This document shows positions 1 through 12,426 of a DNA stretch of 64,000 nt, piece after piece. The DNA lies in assembly GCA_964016885.1 (NCBI GenBank), contig CAXHJY010000837.1:28620-92619 (forward strand), given 5' to 3'. The number at the start of each line of letters is the position of its first letter. Position 1 is the stretch's first letter. Position numbers and translations under genes: made by a program. The notes below the pieces were generated by a model. It was not told the origin of the DNA and searched no databases. It worked only from the letters and a program-made list of their open reading frames with translations. Source of the DNA: Eledone cirrhosa. Its lineage: Eukaryota.

Positions 1-369
1 ATGGGTGTAAGTGTGTATGTGTAGTGAGGAATGTAGATTTCAGGGTAAGGGAGCAAAAGGTATGTGTGTGTAGTTGAACTGCAACATTTCTTTATCTATT
101 TATCTGCTAGATGACTACCAAAAGGTAGTAAGGACTGTGCCTGGTGCTAGTATTGGCCATATCAAACTCGATGACCATTTGCAGTTATTGAGAAATTTTC
201 ATGCTGTTAGCATTAGTTGTGTTGACCCAGGCCAAGGATCGGACGTTCGTTAGAGTAGGCAGCTGGGATGTTGGAATGATGGCGTAATTAGGTTGGACAA
301 GTTAAATTAGCCATTCTGGCACACTTATTTCCATTCTATTATTGATGGTGAGTTTTAGTCACTTGATCT

Positions 370-585
370 CAGCATGCCTATACTGCGTTCGGTAACCAAA
401 ACGGTGGTGGTTATTTTATTGTCCAGTTTTCCGCATTTGATGATGTATTTGCAGAAGGAAGAGAAGTTGGTGTTAATATGTTCTTTAATTCAGAGATGTA
501 ATAGTGCTGCCGTAGAATTGGTTGCACTTGTCATTCTAACCTATGATATTTATGTTTGTTTCCCCATAGGATATTTGATATAACA
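370..585 (-). pseudogene. Highly degraded Penelope-like GIY-YIG endonuclease remnant
   Basis: Minus-strand frames read DKCNQFYGSTI and LHL*IKEHINTNFSSFCKYIIKCG, resembling the C-x2-C..Y(I)G.T...R..EH GIY-YIG pattern with indels and stops. Confidence 0.4.
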
Positions 586-832
586 GCATTCACTAGTATT
601 TACATGATACCAGAAACTTTTATTGGAAGTGATTATCAAAACTACTGCGCATTGACTATCACAGAAGTACTAGCCTTGGGATTATATATGTTGTTTGTGA
701 AGAGGTTAGTGTCCATTTTTTTAAAAACATAAATATGTTGTTTTACTGTTTGATCTGGGAGTGGAGGGCAGCATCAACAACACGTCTCCCTATTCCCTCC
801 ATAACTCATTGGAGGGAGGAAGCTATGTTTAA

Positions 833-1040
833 CCCTTTAGCATTTAAACCGGCTGTATCCGACTAGAATTCTCTTACCTCTTTCTGCTCAAACTGGCTGT
901 AACTGCTCCTTCATACAGATGTTAAGGTATTGTTCTCAAAATAACTTATATCAAAATCTCATAGATTCGATATTATGTGAGATAAAGCCTTTACCACAAA
1001 AATACAATAGTAACTATAGAGTAATGTAAATGATAAAGGG
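833..1040. mobile_element. piggyBac-type MITE (208 bp)
   Basis: TTAA at 829-832 and 1041-1044 flank 14-bp TIRs CCCTTTAGCATTTA / TAAATGATAAAGGG (1 mismatch); no coding capacity. Confidence 0.75.
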
Positions 1041-1144
1041 TTAAACCAGATATCTGACACAAATGCTTGCAACAGAGTGGATTCCACTAAAGGTACTCAA
1101 TGAATAGGTTAGGTGATGGATTAAATCTACCATCCAAGTAGGTC

Positions 1145-1360
1145 ACAGCAGGATTTGAATCCAGAATACAAAGAACTGGAACAAAAACCACTAATTAATA
1201 TCTGGTGCTCTAAGTATTCTGATACTCCTCTGCCTTGGACAGTTATTTTATCAACCTCTTATGGATGGAAGACAAAGTTAACCTCAATATTGGTTTTAAA
1301 TCCATAACACACAGAGCTAGAACAAATATCACAATAATTTTGATGCACTCTCTAATGACT
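1145..1360 (-). mobile_element. Degenerate tRNA-derived SINE remnants
   Basis: Reverse complement contains GGATTCAAATCC (B-box-like) and a decayed GAGGTTAACTTTGTCTTCCATCC..GAGGTTGATAAAATAA similar to the SINEs at 10189 and 11724. Confidence 0.35.
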
Positions 1361-1665
1361 CTGTTACTTGCCATATTAACTAATAATAATAATAATAATA
1401 ATAATGGTTTCTTTATTGGCCACAAGGGCTAACATGAAGAAAAACATTACAGATGGCACAGAACGGTACAGGACGATAGAAAGTGGGTTTTGTGCGTGTA
1501 AAAAAGGTTATAACAAGAAGATAGAAATATCAAAAAAATTCAAACAACAACAATTCTCCAATAGGGGGGAAACTTCCGAAGGTCACTCATGGCGAAAACC
1601 ACACAAAAGACCACGGCCTCCCTGACCACCAGGGCATGCGCCCTCTCTGTTTTCCACTCCTCAGT

Positions 1666-4600
1666 CTACAGGCGCATACTCAGAACGGGCCCGTTCACTC
1701 GGACCAGACTCGCCACTTTCACCCACCTTTCAACAAACCTACTAGAAGACAGCATTTGTCTCTCCACCCTGGAGGCACATGGCTTAGTGATTAGAGCATT
1801 GGCCTTGCAATCGAAAGGTTGTGAGTTCAATTCTCAGACCGGGTGATGTGTTGTTTCCTTGAGCAAGACACTTTAATTCACATTGCTCCAGTTTACTCAG
1901 CTGTAGAAATGAGATGATAGGGACTGGGGTTCCTATCATTCCACTGCAAAGTGGTTGTGGAGGTGCCACGGCAAAAAAGCACCCAGCACTCACTGTAAAT
2001 GAGGTTGGTGTTAGGAAGGGCATCCAGCTGTAGAAATCAAGCCAGAATCAGTTCCCGTCCCACCCTTGCAAGCAGGGAAAAGTGGACGTAAAATGATGAT
2101 ATGATGATGACCCTGATTTTCCTCTTCAAGTGAAATTTGAAAAAGTTAATCAGGGATTCGCCGAAGAGGAAAGTGTCCGTCTTCAATCCTTTCAACCATG
2201 TCCACCATACAATCTATTTCGCCATGGCCACCAGGCAGATTAAAACTGCCAGCCCTTCCTCCTTCTTGAAGGAGGACGGCGGGGCTATCTGCACAATGGA
2301 CTCAGTCGATAACCGGATCCGTCCTACACGTGACAGCAAATGTTCGACATAGCTCCACAAGTCAGCAATGCTCGGACACTGAACGAGTGCGTGCACAATG
2401 GTTTCGTCGCTCTGTGCGCATCTCAGACAGGTCCGGCTGACGGCACTTCCGTGCCTGTTGAGCTATCTCTAACCGGCAACACTCCCCGGTAGCACTGCCA
2501 AGCCAGGGATTTCTGGAAGTTGTCCATAGGTCCCGCTCTGAAAGTTCTCTTGAAGAGAGTGAACAGCTGATCGTCTTCGACACCCAGGTTGTCCCCGAGA
2601 ACGTCGTCACTCTTCCCTTCCACTAGTCCTCTATAGAACGCCGATACTAGATACTATAGAACCACCGATGCTAGTGCCCAGCTGGTAGAAGGCTGTGAGC
2701 GCTTGGAAACATTCCAGCTTCCAAGCGCTATCCCTCGGTCTTTTCCTGATCCAGGACCTCAGCTCCATTAATGAGATGAGCTGGGGAAAAACACGTCTGG
2801 CAAACGGTGACCACACCTGTTCACCGTCAAGGAAGCGCCAGAGATGTCGCAGCCTCAGCACGTGTTTGCGCATCATCAGCCACGGCATGCCCAGCCCTCC
2901 ATGCAACGACTGTTGACAGCAGATGGATCGTCTGACCATGGAAGCACGTCCTTCCATAAAAAGCGGAAGAGGAGGCGCTCCATTTTTGTCAGAGTTGGGC
3001 CGGGGAAAGGCACAACAGTTAGGCGGTAGCAGATGACAGATGCGATGAACACATTCGCCACAGGGACAGCTTCCTCTCGGCCCATTTCTGGCTGAGAGAG
3101 GCCACCCTGTTCGTCACCTCGCTCCAGTTTTTCTGCAGCTGGAGGTCTGGACCGAACCATACCCGAGCTATTTAACCGGTCCTTCCGTCCAGCGCCCCAC
3201 GATGTTGTCGGGCGGCATGGACTTGCCTCTCCAGGTGCCGAGGTGCAAGCTCACTGACTTTTCCTGGTTTAACTTTGCTTCTGTCACTGCTTCATATTCT
3301 TTGAGAGCGCTGCCGAGCATCTGGACATGTCCGGCGCTTGACACCACAACGGTGACGTCGTTGGCATAAGCCGATATGGATCTCCCACATCCCAGTTCAC
3401 GTGGGACGTCTATCATCGCCTCCAATTTGTGCAGTAACGGCTCTAGGGCCAATACGTACAAGAGTGACGAAAGGGGACAACCTTGACGGACCGAGCGCGT
3501 GATGCTGAACGGCTGTGACAGATAACCGTTCACCTTCATACTGAGCAGATGTCGCTGTGCATCGGAGCCATCCAACCCCTGAAAATGGGCCCGAAACCAG
3601 CTGCCTCGAGGACCGCTGCCAGGTACTGATGGTCGACCCTATCAAATGCCTTAGATTGATCTAAGTTGATCAGGCCCCACCCTTGCCAGGTTCGTTAACC
3701 ACCCTCTCTATGATGTATCGCATGAGGTGGAGGTTGTCATGGATGGATCTGTCTGGAATAGCATATGTCTGTGCCTCTCCCACCAGATCTCTGACGACAA
3801 GCGCCAATCTCGTTGCTAACACCTTGGCCAAAATCTTGAAATGTGTTTAACAGTGTTATGGGCCTGAAGTTGTCTATAACGTCCCCTTTGTTCGGGTCTT
3901 TTCTCAACAGCGCCACCACTCCCCAGCTCACAAAACTGGGAATGTTCCTGTTCTGCTGCCAGTTGCAGTAGACGTCTGCCAAGAGGTCACCGAACAATTC
4001 TGGCATGTACGCATAAAGCTCGTAGGGCAGACCATCCAAACCTGGTGATTTACCCCTCAGGCAGGCAGACATTGCTTCTCGTATTTCACCTGCTGTTATC
4101 GGCTTTTCGCAATACTGCACTGCGGTCGTCGAGAGCTGCGGCAGTCGCTCGAGGTATGCACTGAAGTTCATACTCCAATCTAGCCGGCCGCCGCTCCCAA
4201 ACTGTTGAGCAAAGTGCTGCTGAAAAGCCTCACACATCTGCTTGGGTTCGAGTAACATGTGCTTGTTTTGGTCAGGCAAGAATTGAATTGTGGCTTTGTT
4301 GACACATTGTGCCTCCACTACCCAGGCCCATTGGACAGCTTTTGTCCCTTCTTGTCTCAGAGCACGTGCTCTAGCTCTGACAACGCAGCCTTTGTATTAA
4401 AGAATTCCAATCTTGCTGCAAGCACGTCGGTTGTGATGCCTGTCCTAAACGCCTCTTCTAGCTTTCTAACTAGCTCTCCCTCTACTCTATTTTCCTCTAT
4501 CTTTACTCCTTTGCTAAACCTTATTGATTCTACTCTAATTGCCCTTTTCAGGGTAAACCACCACTTGTTGACGATCGCACCCGTCAATACACGCTTATCT

Positions 4601-5393
4601 AATTCGCTTATCCGGTTTCTGTAAGCTTTGCGCGCTGTGAAAGACGCGTTCAGCTTCCAGTAACCGGGTCCTTGCCTATGAAGTCTATCTAAGTCGACTT
4701 CACAGATCACAAATTTGTGGTCCGAGTAGTAGACTACTTTAAATTGTGGACAACCTATGCTAGCCTTATCTGTTTCCCTACACAATACCCTATCTAGATA
4801 CAATCTGGATGATCCGATGCGGTTTGCCCATCTCCACATTGGCACATTCGGATAATCCAGTATATCTGTCAGACAGTTGAAACGTCTGAGCAGGTTGGTG
4901 AGGCTTTTACATCCTCTTCCCTTATTTACTAGCCCCACATAATCCCAGTGTGCATCTAGGATACCGTTCCAGTCACCCACTAAGACTAAAGAGCGGGATG
5001 TTCCAAGAAAGGTCTCTAGACATCTGAAGAAATCTGCTGTCCTGCCCCTATTGGGGCGTAGACGGCTACTAGTCTGAAAGCATTGCCTTCACAACTTGTC
5101 ATGTCCAGTACCACCAACTTACCTTCTGGGTCCAGGAAGATGGCCCGTATGGCGAGATCCAAGCCTCTCCAAAAAAGCACAGCAACTCCACTCCCTGCTC
5201 CTGAATGGCTGGGAGATGCGTATACAACCTAGCCGCCGAAGATCAGTGCAAAGTTTCGTGCTTCGGAGATTCTGGTCTCGCTGATGGTCACCACATCTAT
5301 GTTTAGTGACCTGAGATCGTTAAGTAGGTGGCCCTGCTTCCAAGATGACCCCAGGCCACGTACATTTATACTGCCTATTCTAAGTAAGGCCAT
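1666..5393 (-). pseudogene. Tx1 ORF2 (APE endonuclease + RT), frameshifted and interrupted by a SINE
   Basis: Fragments MALLRIGSINVRGLG, GDWN, SDH, KSPGLDGLPYE, NFRPITLLN, SVRQGCPLS, YAND (catalytic YADD mutated), spread over several frames. Confidence 0.88.
1772..2109 (+). mobile_element. tRNA-derived bipartite RTE-type SINE inserted in Tx1 ORF2
   Basis: A box TGGCTTAGTGATTAGAG, B box GAGTTCAATTCTC; module GGTTGGTGTTAGGAAGGGCATCCAGC; 3' end CCCGTCCCACCCTTGCAAGCAGGGAAAAGTGGACGTAAAA(TGA)n; 6-bp duplication ACCCTG at 1766-1771 and 2110-2115; absent at the equivalent site of Tx1 copy 2. Confidence 0.9.
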
Positions 5394-5429
5394 GTTGGGT
5401 AAGGAATGGAGTAAGTGAGAAGGGATCAC

Positions 5430-7447
5430 CTACCCTGATCGTGTGGGAAAGGGACAGTTGAACCGTCCCTTTGGCTGGTCATGGCTGTCTCAGAGAAGAT
5501 GTCGGTGTATATCCTCTTGGTAACCGATCCTCTGAAGTCTCCAACTGCATTGGGGAATTTTTATTTTAAATGTTTATAATGTTCTATTTTAATTTTAATA
5601 ATGTTTATATTTTTCGGGAAAGTTCTTGGTGTTGGTGGGGTGTAGTAATTTTTGTCCTTAATGTCTGTGTGCCTCTTTATATATTCTAAGAGTTCTTTAT
5701 TTGCCAAGTTTATGGCTGTGTAATGTTTTTTGGGGGGTTTGGTTTTGTTGCTGTTTTCTTGTTGCTGCTGTTGGGTATGTTTGTCTTGTGTTCGCGATGT
5801 TGATGTTTATGGTGATGGTGTGGTGGTTGTTGGTGGTGGTGGTGGTGTGGTGGTTGTTGGTGGTGTGGTGGTTGTTGGTGGTGATGGGGGTGATGGGGGT
5901 GGCGTTGCTGTGAGTCACCTTGCAGCCTTTACTACTTTTTGTTTGCCTTCGCTTTTGGAGGGTGAAGCTAAGGGGATTTTTGATTTGTTTTTTGTGGCAG
6001 ACCGTTTGCCACTTCACTCCCGCCTCAGACTCCATGTCAGATTCCATGGCGTCTCGGAGGGGTATGTGCTCCATGGCTGTTGGTGGTGGTAGTGGAGCCC
6101 TCTCCGGCGATTTTGTTGCTGGTGCAGTTACTGCAAATGTAGCTACTGCTGTTGCCGCCACTGCTGCTGCTGTTTTAGTTGTCCGTGGCCTTGGTATGGG
6201 TGCCACGGACGTTGCCCTCCTACTCACCGTGGAAGGGTCTTCTGCCTTTGTTGCCTGCCCTGCTCTTGGTAGCAGTGGACAAGGCATTGGAAGGAGGGGG
6301 GGGGGGGGCCTTCACTGTTTTCTGCAGGCAAAAGGCCCTGAGGTGACCCTTTGACCCACAGAGATAACATTTTGGGCGTCTTCCTTCCACGCTTATATGG
6401 ATTTGGAGTCCTTCCTTGAGGTCTATGATATCGGGGATAGCCTCAATACACTCCTGGTCAGTTTGTATAAGCATTTGCATGCCTATACCTGACCAGTTCT
6501 CTCTCCCTATTTTCTCTACTTGCAGCATGGTTGTCCTGTCCTCGATTCCAGCAAGGACAGACACGGCCAGCCAAGGTATGGGCACGTTGGGTGGGACCTG
6601 GGTCACTTTGACCCTCACAATTTTCTGCCCACAGTAGGAGGGCACCAAGACTATCTCCTCACTCTTTAGGGTTTCCAAAGAGTGAGACTTCGCCTCCTGG
6701 GGGTGGCAAAAGGTACGTCTATTGTGGCATAATTTCTGCCTCGGGTGATGTGGGTTTTGCGCGCCCAGACACATGCCAATGCCTTTTGGATTTGAGCCTC
6801 TGTGGCTCTCTCCACCTGATGTGATATTTTACTTTGAGTATGGTAAGTCTCCGTCCGTAACTGCTGGTCCTTAAAAACTGGGTGGAGGTGTCAGGGAAAC
6901 TCGATTGGCATTTCTTGTCACCATGGCCCTTGCAACTGCCATCTCCTCCTCCGTGACTAACACTGTTTCGATATTTCAGGCCACACATGCAAAAGAAGTG
7001 GCCCCTTTTTCAGCAGCACCACTATTGCTGCCGCTACTGGTCTTACTGGTGGTGCTGAGATGGCTGTTACTGGTATTGATGTCATTGTTGTTGTTTTCGT
7101 TGGTACTGTTGTTGCTGTTGTTTCCGTTGATATTGTTGTTGTTGTTACTGTTATTGTGGCTGTTGTTATTGTCATTGTCTTTCTCGACCTTACTGCTGTT
7201 ATTTTTGTTGTTGCTGTTATTGATGGTGTTGTTGTTGGTGTTATTGTTGGTGTTGTTTGTGTTAGAAATATTTGGTAATTTTAAATCTGTAACAATATCA
7301 TTAAAAATGATATTGTTCCTCTTTTCCTTCCTAATATTTTCTTTTATATTTACCTTCGGTAGAATGCTGCCTTGTTAACATGTTGACAAAGTCCTTCTCT
7401 CTCCGAGTTGTCTGACAGCGCTCCCTCTCTTTTTTGTGTTATACATG
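5430..7447 (-). pseudogene. Tx1 ORF1 remnant (gag-like, CCHC zinc knuckle)
   Basis: ORF 6220-6774 has LVPSYCGQKIVRVK..CIEAIPD..VEGRRPKCYLCGSKGHLRAFC, matching ORF1 at 49470-51566; frameshifted; boundaries approximate. Confidence 0.8.
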
Positions 7448-7679
7448 TTGAAAGAAATTTTTTAAAAAATAATTTTTTACATAATATGACACCCCATAAA
7501 GGGGTACCGTATTATTTACGAGTAAACTCCTGTATTAGGTGAGTCATTTCTTCTAAACTTTTATCAAATTTAAAACTTGAATAAAAGGTTAAGAACGGTT
7601 GAAAACGAGGTATACTGTTGAAAAAAACTGGGCCGATAAGAAGCGTGGCTTCACCTTCAATAATAATAATAATAATAAT

Positions 7680-8760
7680 GAAATTATTGTGTACAGTGCT
7701 CAGGTGCACTACAACTCATCAAAGGTGCATGTATGGTACATAGAATAATATACAAATGTCAGTGAAGTGAATAGTGTATGAGTCATGATATACATGTGTG
7801 CGTGTGTATGGAGGTGTATTAAGTGTAGTATTGGCGAATCTCAGGAAGCATTGAGGTTTTAAAGGGTGCAGTGTCTCGACAGCTAATAACTGATGCAGGG
7901 AGTTTGTTCCATGGAGGTTTTAAAGGATGCAGTGTCTCGACAGCTAACAACTGATACAGGTAGTTTGTTCCATGCTTCAGCAACTCTGAGCGTGAAAAAA
8001 CGTTTCCGAAAGTCATGGGAGCTGTGCTGTTTTCTGACTTTGTTGGCATGCCCACGTGTGTTAGGCACATGAAAATCAAAAAGGTACTCAGGGTTGTTGT
8101 TGGCAAGATGGTTTATAATTTTGTGGGTGTTTACCAAGTCAGTTGCCAGATGTCAGAGCTTCAATGTATCCATACTCAGGGAAGCAAGGCGTTCAGAGTA
8201 TGATAGATGCCTGATGGAGGGCATTCGCTTGGTTGCACGTCTCAGAACAGTTTGCAGGCGGTCAGTGTTCTGAGCAAGATAGGGGTTCCAGACTGGTGAT
8301 GCAAATTCTAAGTGTGGCTGCACCATAGCTATATACAGCTTTAAATAGATAGCTAGAGAGCAGCTGACAAAGGTCTTGCTGAGTGATGCTAAGACACCGT
8401 CAGCCTTCTTGACAATTTTAGAGACGTGCTTCGTCCAACGCAAATCGCTGCTGACAGTAATGCCCAGGTCACGTTCACAAGAAGACTTCTTGATATTAGT
8501 GTTGTGGAGGGAGTATGTGGGCGTTGGGTTTTTACTCCCAAAATGCATGATGGTACACTTGTCCACAGCCAGCTTGAGTTGCCAGTCTGTGATCCATTGT
8601 TGCATTGTGTCCAGGTCAGATTGCAGGCAAGATCTATAGTGTTCAGGATGTTCTTTTTATCTCAAAGTACAGCTTGATGTCATCTGCATATTTCACTACT
8701 GTGGCATTCTTTAAGTTGGCATCTATGTCATTAATATATGCCACAAACAAAAGGGGCCTC
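7680..8760 (-). mobile_element. 5'-truncated CR1/L2-like LINE
   Basis: GPLLFVAYIND, KYADD, ERDLGITVSSDL, PHLEFASPVWNP, FFTLRVAEAWNKLP; (ATT)n tail at 7659-7679; ~60-bp internal tandem duplication near 7852-7973. Confidence 0.85.
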
Positions 8761-9923
8761 CTTTTTCTGATCATGAGTGAAACTAAGTACACCAGATCAT
8801 TCCGGACACACTTATCTCCAACAACATCCTAATTTTCACTGACACACTGCCTTGCAATGCGGAACACCGCACGTCTCTGATCTTCCTGTCACAGAACATT
8901 GGCAAACCTCCTACTCTCAGCCTCCCTGCATGCTAAGTTCACCTGACGCCTAGCTTCTCTCTTAACGACTGTGTATCGGTCTCTACTCCCACCATTTTTC
9001 GAAGCATTCGATGCTAGTCTTTTATCTCTAATGGCCCTATCTACCATGCTGTTCCACCACCAGGTCACTCTCTGTCTGGTCGAAACCCTGCTCCAGCCAC
9101 AAGTTTCTTCAGTAGCTTGCAGTAAATTGTTACATAAGAAATTCCAGTTATCATCTATGTCATACGATTCTAAATCGTCTTCTTTTGCGTCATACACATC
9201 TTGAAGGGCTTTCCTAAATTTGTATTTTAGTGAAAGGACTTTTAGCTTCCAGACCTTCCTTTTCCACACCTTCTTGTATGTCTCATTTTGTCTCTTGCTT
9301 ATTGAGATGTCACCAACAACTAGCCTAATCTGTGGGGTACATTCTTCCCCGGGATATGCCTTAGTATTTGAAACCATCTATCTGTCTCATTGCCTAACTA
9401 GCAGGAAGTCAATCTGGCTTATGTGCTCGCCTGATTTTTAAGTTATTAGGTGATTGGTAGGCTTCTTGAAGTTAGTGTTGCAAATGGTTTGTTCACTTGC
9501 ATCACAAAATTCAAGAAGCCTCACTCCTTCTTTGTTTCTTGAGACATAACCGTGCCCACCATGTACCCCAGTGTATCCATCCTGGAGCTGTCCAGCATGA
9601 CCATTGAAGTCCCCTGCTAGCATAACGATGTCTCTGTCCTCTGTCATTGTGGCTGTGTCTAAAAGTTGCTCATAAAAGCAGTCTTTCTCCTCTCTACCTA
9701 GGCCCGCTTTGGGAGCATAGGTAGAGATGATTGTCAGTAGTCTCTTGCCTACAAATAATCTAATCTTAAGTATTCTATTACTGACTCTAACTACCTCTAT
9801 TGTCTTATCGACCCATCTCTCAGCCAGTAAAATGCTTACCCCACCATCATTACCTACCCACAAAGGTTATAACTAAGATGTTTGTCAGTGATTAGTCTTG
9901 CAGAGGCACCTCTCCATCTCACC
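8757..9923 (-). mobile_element. RTE-clade LINE fragment, family A (endonuclease region)
   Basis: ORFs 9438-9863 and 8889-9377 ([21 protein letters not shown]) align with the copy at 26300-29479. Confidence 0.88.
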
Positions 9924-10139
9924 TTTACGTCCGTTACTCCACGCTAGCATGGGTTTATATATATATATATATATATTAAAATAACAGATTAAAGTTTAAG
10001 CAAAGAATCGCTGCTTTCACCCTTACTTTGAGGCTTTCAAGTCTATCTAAAAACGAGCATATTTTCACCGACCATTCCACATATTAAAATGAAGCTCTTG
10101 CTCGGAGTGGATTTGTTGATAAGGTAGCATATACTAAGT

Positions 10140-11010
10140 ATGAGCATCTACCAAGGAAAAATAGATCATGGCGCATTATATGGTATAAGGCGGTGGATTG
10201 GCAGTATCAGTGGAGGGTCGTACGCCATGCTTTCCAGCATAGTTACGTCCCTTTACGATCTGAGTTCAAATCCCGCCGAGGTTGACTTTGCCTTTCATCC
10301 TTACGAGGTCGATAAAATAAAGTACCAGTAATGCACTGAGTAATTGCTGGCCTTGTGCCCAAAGTAGAAACAATTATATGGTATAACCCACCATATAATA
10401 TGGAGGTGGCCACACCATTAGCTAAGATCTTTCTCTCCCTTATTATGAAGCATTTCACCTCAGCACATAAATATAATAAAATTTTAAATAGAAATAACAT
10501 TAACATATCTTATTCTACGACTCCTAAGTTTGCACATAACATCACTGCTTCAAATTTAGCTAAATTACCTAGCCGTAGGAACACGTGCAACCCTGTAGCT
10601 AGTACTAACTGTAATTGTAGGAATTGGGTTGACTGCCCTCTATCCGGGAAATGCCTCTCCAGTAACATTGTCTACAAATGTAAGGTCGAAACACCCATAT
10701 CTAGTAGGGCCTACATAGGGTTAACCGCCAATAGATTCAAGCAGCGTCTTTACATGCACACCCATTCTTTTCTTAACCCTTTAAGAAGGAATATGACGTC
10801 ACTTTCAGTTTATATCTGGAGTCTAAAAGACAACCACACCCAATATATGGGTTACACTGGGAGATCCTAGCTAAAGCTAGATCGTATAACGGTAATAAAA
10901 GACCATGCGATCTTTGCGCCGCTGAAGCCCTGGAAATACTCTACGCCAATGACCACATCTTAAATAAAAAATCTGAGGCGATTTCGGCTTGTAAACACAA
11001 ATTGCATAAA
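10140..11010 (+). pseudogene. Penelope-like element C-terminal fragment (GIY-YIG endonuclease)
   Basis: RKNRSWR|IIWYNPPY..KILNRNN..CNCR..CPLSGKCL..IVY..YIGLTANRFKQR..H..SF..LSVYIWSLK, then after a frameshift CDLC..E..LNKKSE..CKH; split by the SINE at 10189-10372. Confidence 0.85.
10189..10372 (+). mobile_element. tRNA-derived SINE with 14-bp TSD
   Basis: GAGTTCAAATCCCGCCGAGGTTGACTTTGCCTTTCATCC..GGTCGATAAAATAAAGTACCAG core; ATTATATGGTATAA duplicated at 10175-10188 and 10373-10386. Confidence 0.88.
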
Positions 11011-11439
11011 TCTTTCCTGTATTACAGCCCCACATTATACCCTAACAGATACTACGAACAATACGCGGATAATTTACGTCTTGATGTGGTAGCTAAATAT
11101 ATTCTATATTATTTTATGTTTATACCATTACTTATTTGTGTAGGTAAGTATACCATACCTGTATGTTTTCTGGAGGTACGTATATATGCTTGTATTTGTT
11201 ATAGGTGTATATATTATATATATTAGCAGAAAAACCACGCTACGGATGGTTTTCTGCTAGCATGTGTAGTGTGTATATTGATATTATACACAAATATATA
11301 TGCATGTAAATATGATACATCAAATAAAATCCTAATTGACAATATACACAGAAATTCAATAAAGTCTATGTTACACAGTCTTCCGTAATCAGTAATCCAT
11401 GATATATAAAAAAAAGACGATATTATATATAAACTTATG

Positions 11440-11510
11440 GGATCGATAAAATAAAATACCAGTAATACACTGGGTAATTACTGGCCTTGTGCCAAAAGTA
11501 GAAACAATTA
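11440..11510 (+). mobile_element. 3' fragment of the same SINE family
   Basis: CGATAAAATAAAATACCAGTAATACACTGG..GGCCTTGTGCCAAAAGTAGAAACAATTA matches the 3' half of the SINEs at 10189 and 11724. Confidence 0.75.
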
Positions 11511-11723
11511 TATATAAACTACATTAGGAGAAAATTAGTGACGGAAATATATGCGATTATAAGTGTTATAATATAACGGCCACTAGCCGGAAGTGTTGAC
11601 ATTTGATAATTTTAAAGAAGTGAATTTAAAGATCTTTAAATAAGCTATAAAATATATTTAATCAACAGCCACGAAATTTAGCACAAATTATGTAATATTC
11701 ATTCATTATTTATTCAAAGTAAT

Positions 11724-11905
11724 AGGCCGTGGATTGGCAGTATCGGTAGAGAGTCGGACACCATGCTTTGACGCATAGAGTTACGTCCCTTAATGAGTTC
11801 AAATCCCGCCGAGGTTAACTTTTCCTTTCATCCTTACGGGGTCGATAAAATAAAGTACCAGTAATACACTGGTTAATTGCTGGCCTTGTGCCAAAAGTAG
11901 AAACA
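11724..11905 (+). mobile_element. tRNA-derived SINE with 19-bp TSD
   Basis: Same family as 10189; ATTATTTATTCAAAGTAAT duplicated at 11705-11723 and 11906-11924. Confidence 0.9.
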
Positions 11906-12194
11906 ATTATTTATTCAAAGTAATCCAACTTATTTTACAAACGGAGTAAAAAAATATATTCTGGACGCAGTCCCGCACTCCTTTCTTATAGTTAAGATAA
12001 GATTGGTATGTGTGTATATGTGTATTTCGTTTTTGTGTGTGTATGCACATATGTATTTTGTGTATATGGTGTATGTATGTTTGGTGTACATACACATACA
12101 TACACATACACATATATCATCATCATCACCGTTTTACGTCCGTTCTTCATACATATATACACATTCATATATATACATACATATATACATACAT

Positions 12195-12231
<37 letters not shown>

Positions 12232-12426
12232 TATATGTACATACATATACATACATACATAGACATATATATATATACATACATACACATATATACATAT
12301 ATATACATATATATATATATACACATATATATACACATATATATATACATATATATATATACACACATACATATACACATATATATATATATACACATAT
12401 ATATATATATACACATACATATACAC

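Larger units (their letters stand above)
1406..7658 (-). mobile_element. Tx1/L1-clade non-LTR retrotransposon, full-length but decayed (copy 1)
   Basis: Colinear with the intact element at 45753-51781: ORF1 remnant with CCHC knuckle, ORF2 remnant with APE and RT motifs, 3' AATAAAGAAACC then (ATT)n; (AAT)n on both flanks (1381-1405, 7659-7679). Confidence 0.9.

Noticed and set aside
6905-7378. Leu/Val-rich membrane-like ORFs (also 50785-51324 and 25554-26013)
   Set aside because: Antisense or off-frame readings of (CAA)/(CAG)-type low-complexity tracts.
9924-9956. Short RTE-like 3' tip (also about 12117-12150)
   Set aside because: About 35 bp only; consistent with abortive insertions and too short to assign to a family.
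9975-10060. Minus-strand TTGAAAGCCTC..AGGGTGAAAG, reminiscent of a hammerhead variant
   Set aside because: Core is too degenerate and stem I cannot be formed convincingly.
11224-11260. Imperfect hairpin TAGCAGAAAAACCA/TGGTTTTCTGCTA
   Set aside because: Could be a collapsed MITE or Helitron-like end, but it is single and short with no supporting context.
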